DNA of 57,047 nucleotides from Gammaproteobacteria bacterium. GTDB taxonomy: Bacteria; Pseudomonadota; Gammaproteobacteria; SZUA-21. The stretch spans positions 1 to 57,047 of the forward strand of contig QILK01000102.1 of NCBI GenBank assembly GCA_003233345.1, in the 5' to 3' direction. Numbering within the stretch: the first letter of the stretch is position 1; each line of letters begins with the position of its first letter. Below are positions 55,095-57,047 of the stretch, one piece after another. The position numbers were made by a program, and so were the translations under genes. Under the pieces are notes generated by a model. It was not told where the DNA came from. It did not search any database and saw only the letters and a program-made list of their open reading frames with translations.

Positions 55095-55926
55095 CCAGTT
55101 ACACCTCCTTTAATTTAAAAGACCATCACCTTCGATACAATATTTTGCATTAAGAATTGAATGCATGCGGCAATTTAAGTAAGTGCGCTATAGAGACAGA
55201 AAGTCTAGACTGCGACTTATTAGCAAAAACGAGGGGTACTGGAAATGATGAAATTACATGCGATAGCGCTATCCCACGATTATTTTTATTCCAGAATGCT
55301 TTAGGTAGAATGTTAAACCCCGGTGGGGGTGAGAAGTTTTTTTTAGGGATATATCGAATCATGGCGCATGCTTTTTCCTTTTAACATGGATGACTTCCTT
55401 GTAATTATGACTACCAACCGGTTAATAGACTTTGTAGATTATATACCTTCTTTACTATTTATCACTATTTTAATTTTATAACGTAGCCGTTTTTTCTTTC
55501 ACGTTAACTTGTACTTATCAAGACCAATACTAGCGATGCCTATTAACATTAAAACCATCAGGGAACTTGGTGTTTATATTCGCCAATTGGGGAAATCTGT
55601 AGGATTTAAAAGGACCAGAAAGGTAAGAGCTAAAAATGGCTGGGAGTAGGAGCCTTCTTATAAACTCAAAACTAAACTGGTCCAGTGAATGGCAAAAACA
55701 AAAAAGCACCTGTACTTCAAGTACTAGAAGACTCTTCCTTCAAGCGAAACGCCATTAAACTCAACGACCGCTATAAGGATGTCCTCTACTTTCTTTCCAT
55801 TAAAGACCCGAATTTAGAATAGCAAGAATAGAATCCTGACTAAGCATTATAAAAAAATCACAAAAAATGAGCGCCAGTCCTTCGCATCAGAAATAGAATA
55901 AGCGCTCACTTTACTAACACATTATT

Positions 55927-56382
55927 TTAGTTCATAAATCTAGCTTTTGAAAAATCTAATTTATAGCTGAAGCCAACTTCCCCTTTATGATTCCCTGCTG
56001 AAACGCTGTAAGTATGCCTTCTAACTAGTGCTCTGAAATTTCCCCGCTCGTATACTCTAGTACTAACAATATTTTTATTAATTGAATAAAATGGCCACAC
56101 AATTACGTCTTTATCATGCCCATTGAAATTAGAAATATTTGAGCGCTTACTAATATTTAGCATCATAAACTTCTTTTTCATAGAACCATCTTTTTTGTCT
56201 TTATAAGTGCTTATTTTAATCAATAAATTAAAATTATTATTTCTAGGATTACTAAATTTATACACACCGTCTTTAGCTATGTTTGCGCTCTGATAATCTC
56301 TTAAGTTATAGCCGCTACTTACACAGGCAGCCAGTCCCGTAATTATTATTAACCCTGTCAAACTTAATAATACTTTTTTCAT
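55927..56382 (-). CDS. Hypothetical lipoprotein
   Basis: GGAGA RBS; MKKVLLSLTGLIIITGLAA-C lipobox; Asn/Lys-rich, low-GC body. Confidence 0.7.
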   Translation of the reverse strand: MKKVLLSLTGLIIITGLAACVSSGYNLRDYQSANIAKDGVYKFSNPRNNNFNLLIKISTYKDKKDGSMKKKFMMLNISKRSNISNFNGHDKDVIVWPFYSINKNIVSTRVYERGNFRALVRRHTYSVSAGNHKGEVGFSYKLDFSKARFMN

Positions 56383-56714
56383 TTTTTCTCCCATATTTAT
56401 CAATGGTCAATTTCAGTGTATTATCCAAACCAAGAACTAGAAAATCTCCGTCGTACCTACAACTTAAGCATTATATAGAAATAACAATCCCACCGAATAA
56501 TACATTCCCTTCTGCAAGACACCGTGCCCAAGTATAAATAGAATATCCCCAATTGTCGCTCATTAATGATAGTATCTAACATATATACGGATGCCTTTGA
56601 TCATGCGATGCCATAAAATGGATTCGATTAGTGTCGCTTCAACTTACCTGCCTGATTCCCATGCTCCTGCGTGGGAACCATTATGCACAGGGAAACTTAA
56701 AATGGATTTATTTT

Positions 56715-57047
56715 ACCGCCTGGCGTGATGGTACTACGCATGTTTTCTTCGAGCCTTTGGACTTTATCGCCCGGCTTGCAGCCCTGGTGCCAAAACCCAG
56801 AGTGAACCTGACCCGGTTCCAGGGTGTTTTTGCTCCCAACAGCAAACATCGCGCGTTGGTGACACCCGCCAAGCGGGGAAAAAAGTTAAAGAAGCTGATG
56901 AACCACAAGACCAACCGCCAACAGAACGCAGGGCATCAATGAGCTTTAAGTGCAGTGCCTTAAACGAGTCTTTAATATCGACATCGAGACATGTGGAAAA
57001 TGTGGCGGTCCAGTCAAGGTCATCGCCTGCATCGAAGACCCGGTGGT
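56715..57047 (+). mobile_element. IS91/ISCR-family rolling-circle transposase remnant (5'-truncated, frameshifted, runs off the window)
   Basis: WRDGTTHVFFEPLDFIARLAALVPKPRVNLTRFQGVFAPN, then frameshifted PTERRASM and LKRVFNIDIETCGKCGGPVKVIACIEDPV. Confidence 0.92.

Noticed and set aside
55100-55900. Short ORFs (55150-55362, 55157-55384) and a possible minus-strand membrane-protein pseudogene
   Set aside because: One minus frame gives hydrophobic stretches broken by several stops, but I recognise no family, so it cannot be supported.

Overview
A chromosomal window from a Gammaproteobacterium, apparently motile since it carries an MCP and a FimT-like pilin. It opens with the end of a surface-polysaccharide locus (epimerase, AsnB-like amidotransferase, MraY-like GT4, WbpM/CapD-like dehydratase). 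A housekeeping backbone follows: tRNA-Asn, aspC, uvrB, tRNA-Val, thrS-infC-rpmI-rplT-pheST-ihfA-merR-tRNA-Pro, lpxB-rnhB, dnaE-accA-tilS-pyrG-kdsA, eno-ftsB-ispD-ispF. Accessory blocks interrupt this backbone. (1) Two hyper-basic Skp paralogs after tRNA-Pro. (2) About 5 kb between rnhB and dnaE: CsrA variant, orphan TagF-like gene, orphan solute-binding lipoprotein, globin. (3) About 8 kb between kdsA and eno, the best candidate for an undescribed system: an apparently exported phospho-His/ATP-grasp dikinase-like protein, two exported SxxK serine hydrolases, a stand-alone Npt/TLC nucleotide translocase and a Cys-rich Sel1/Hcp-like protein. (4) A defence-like island from about 48.45 kb to the window end: AbiE toxin-antitoxin pair, a coiled-coil hypothetical, a REP-associated (RAYT-type) transposase remnant, a TPR-CHAT protease with a coupled membrane-helix partner, a lipoprotein and an IS91 remnant. 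Two families of long palindromic REP/MITE-like elements occupy intergenic gaps. Both asnB and ispD carry short in-frame deletions of conserved catalytic motifs. All product calls come from motif recognition by eye; no database search was run.
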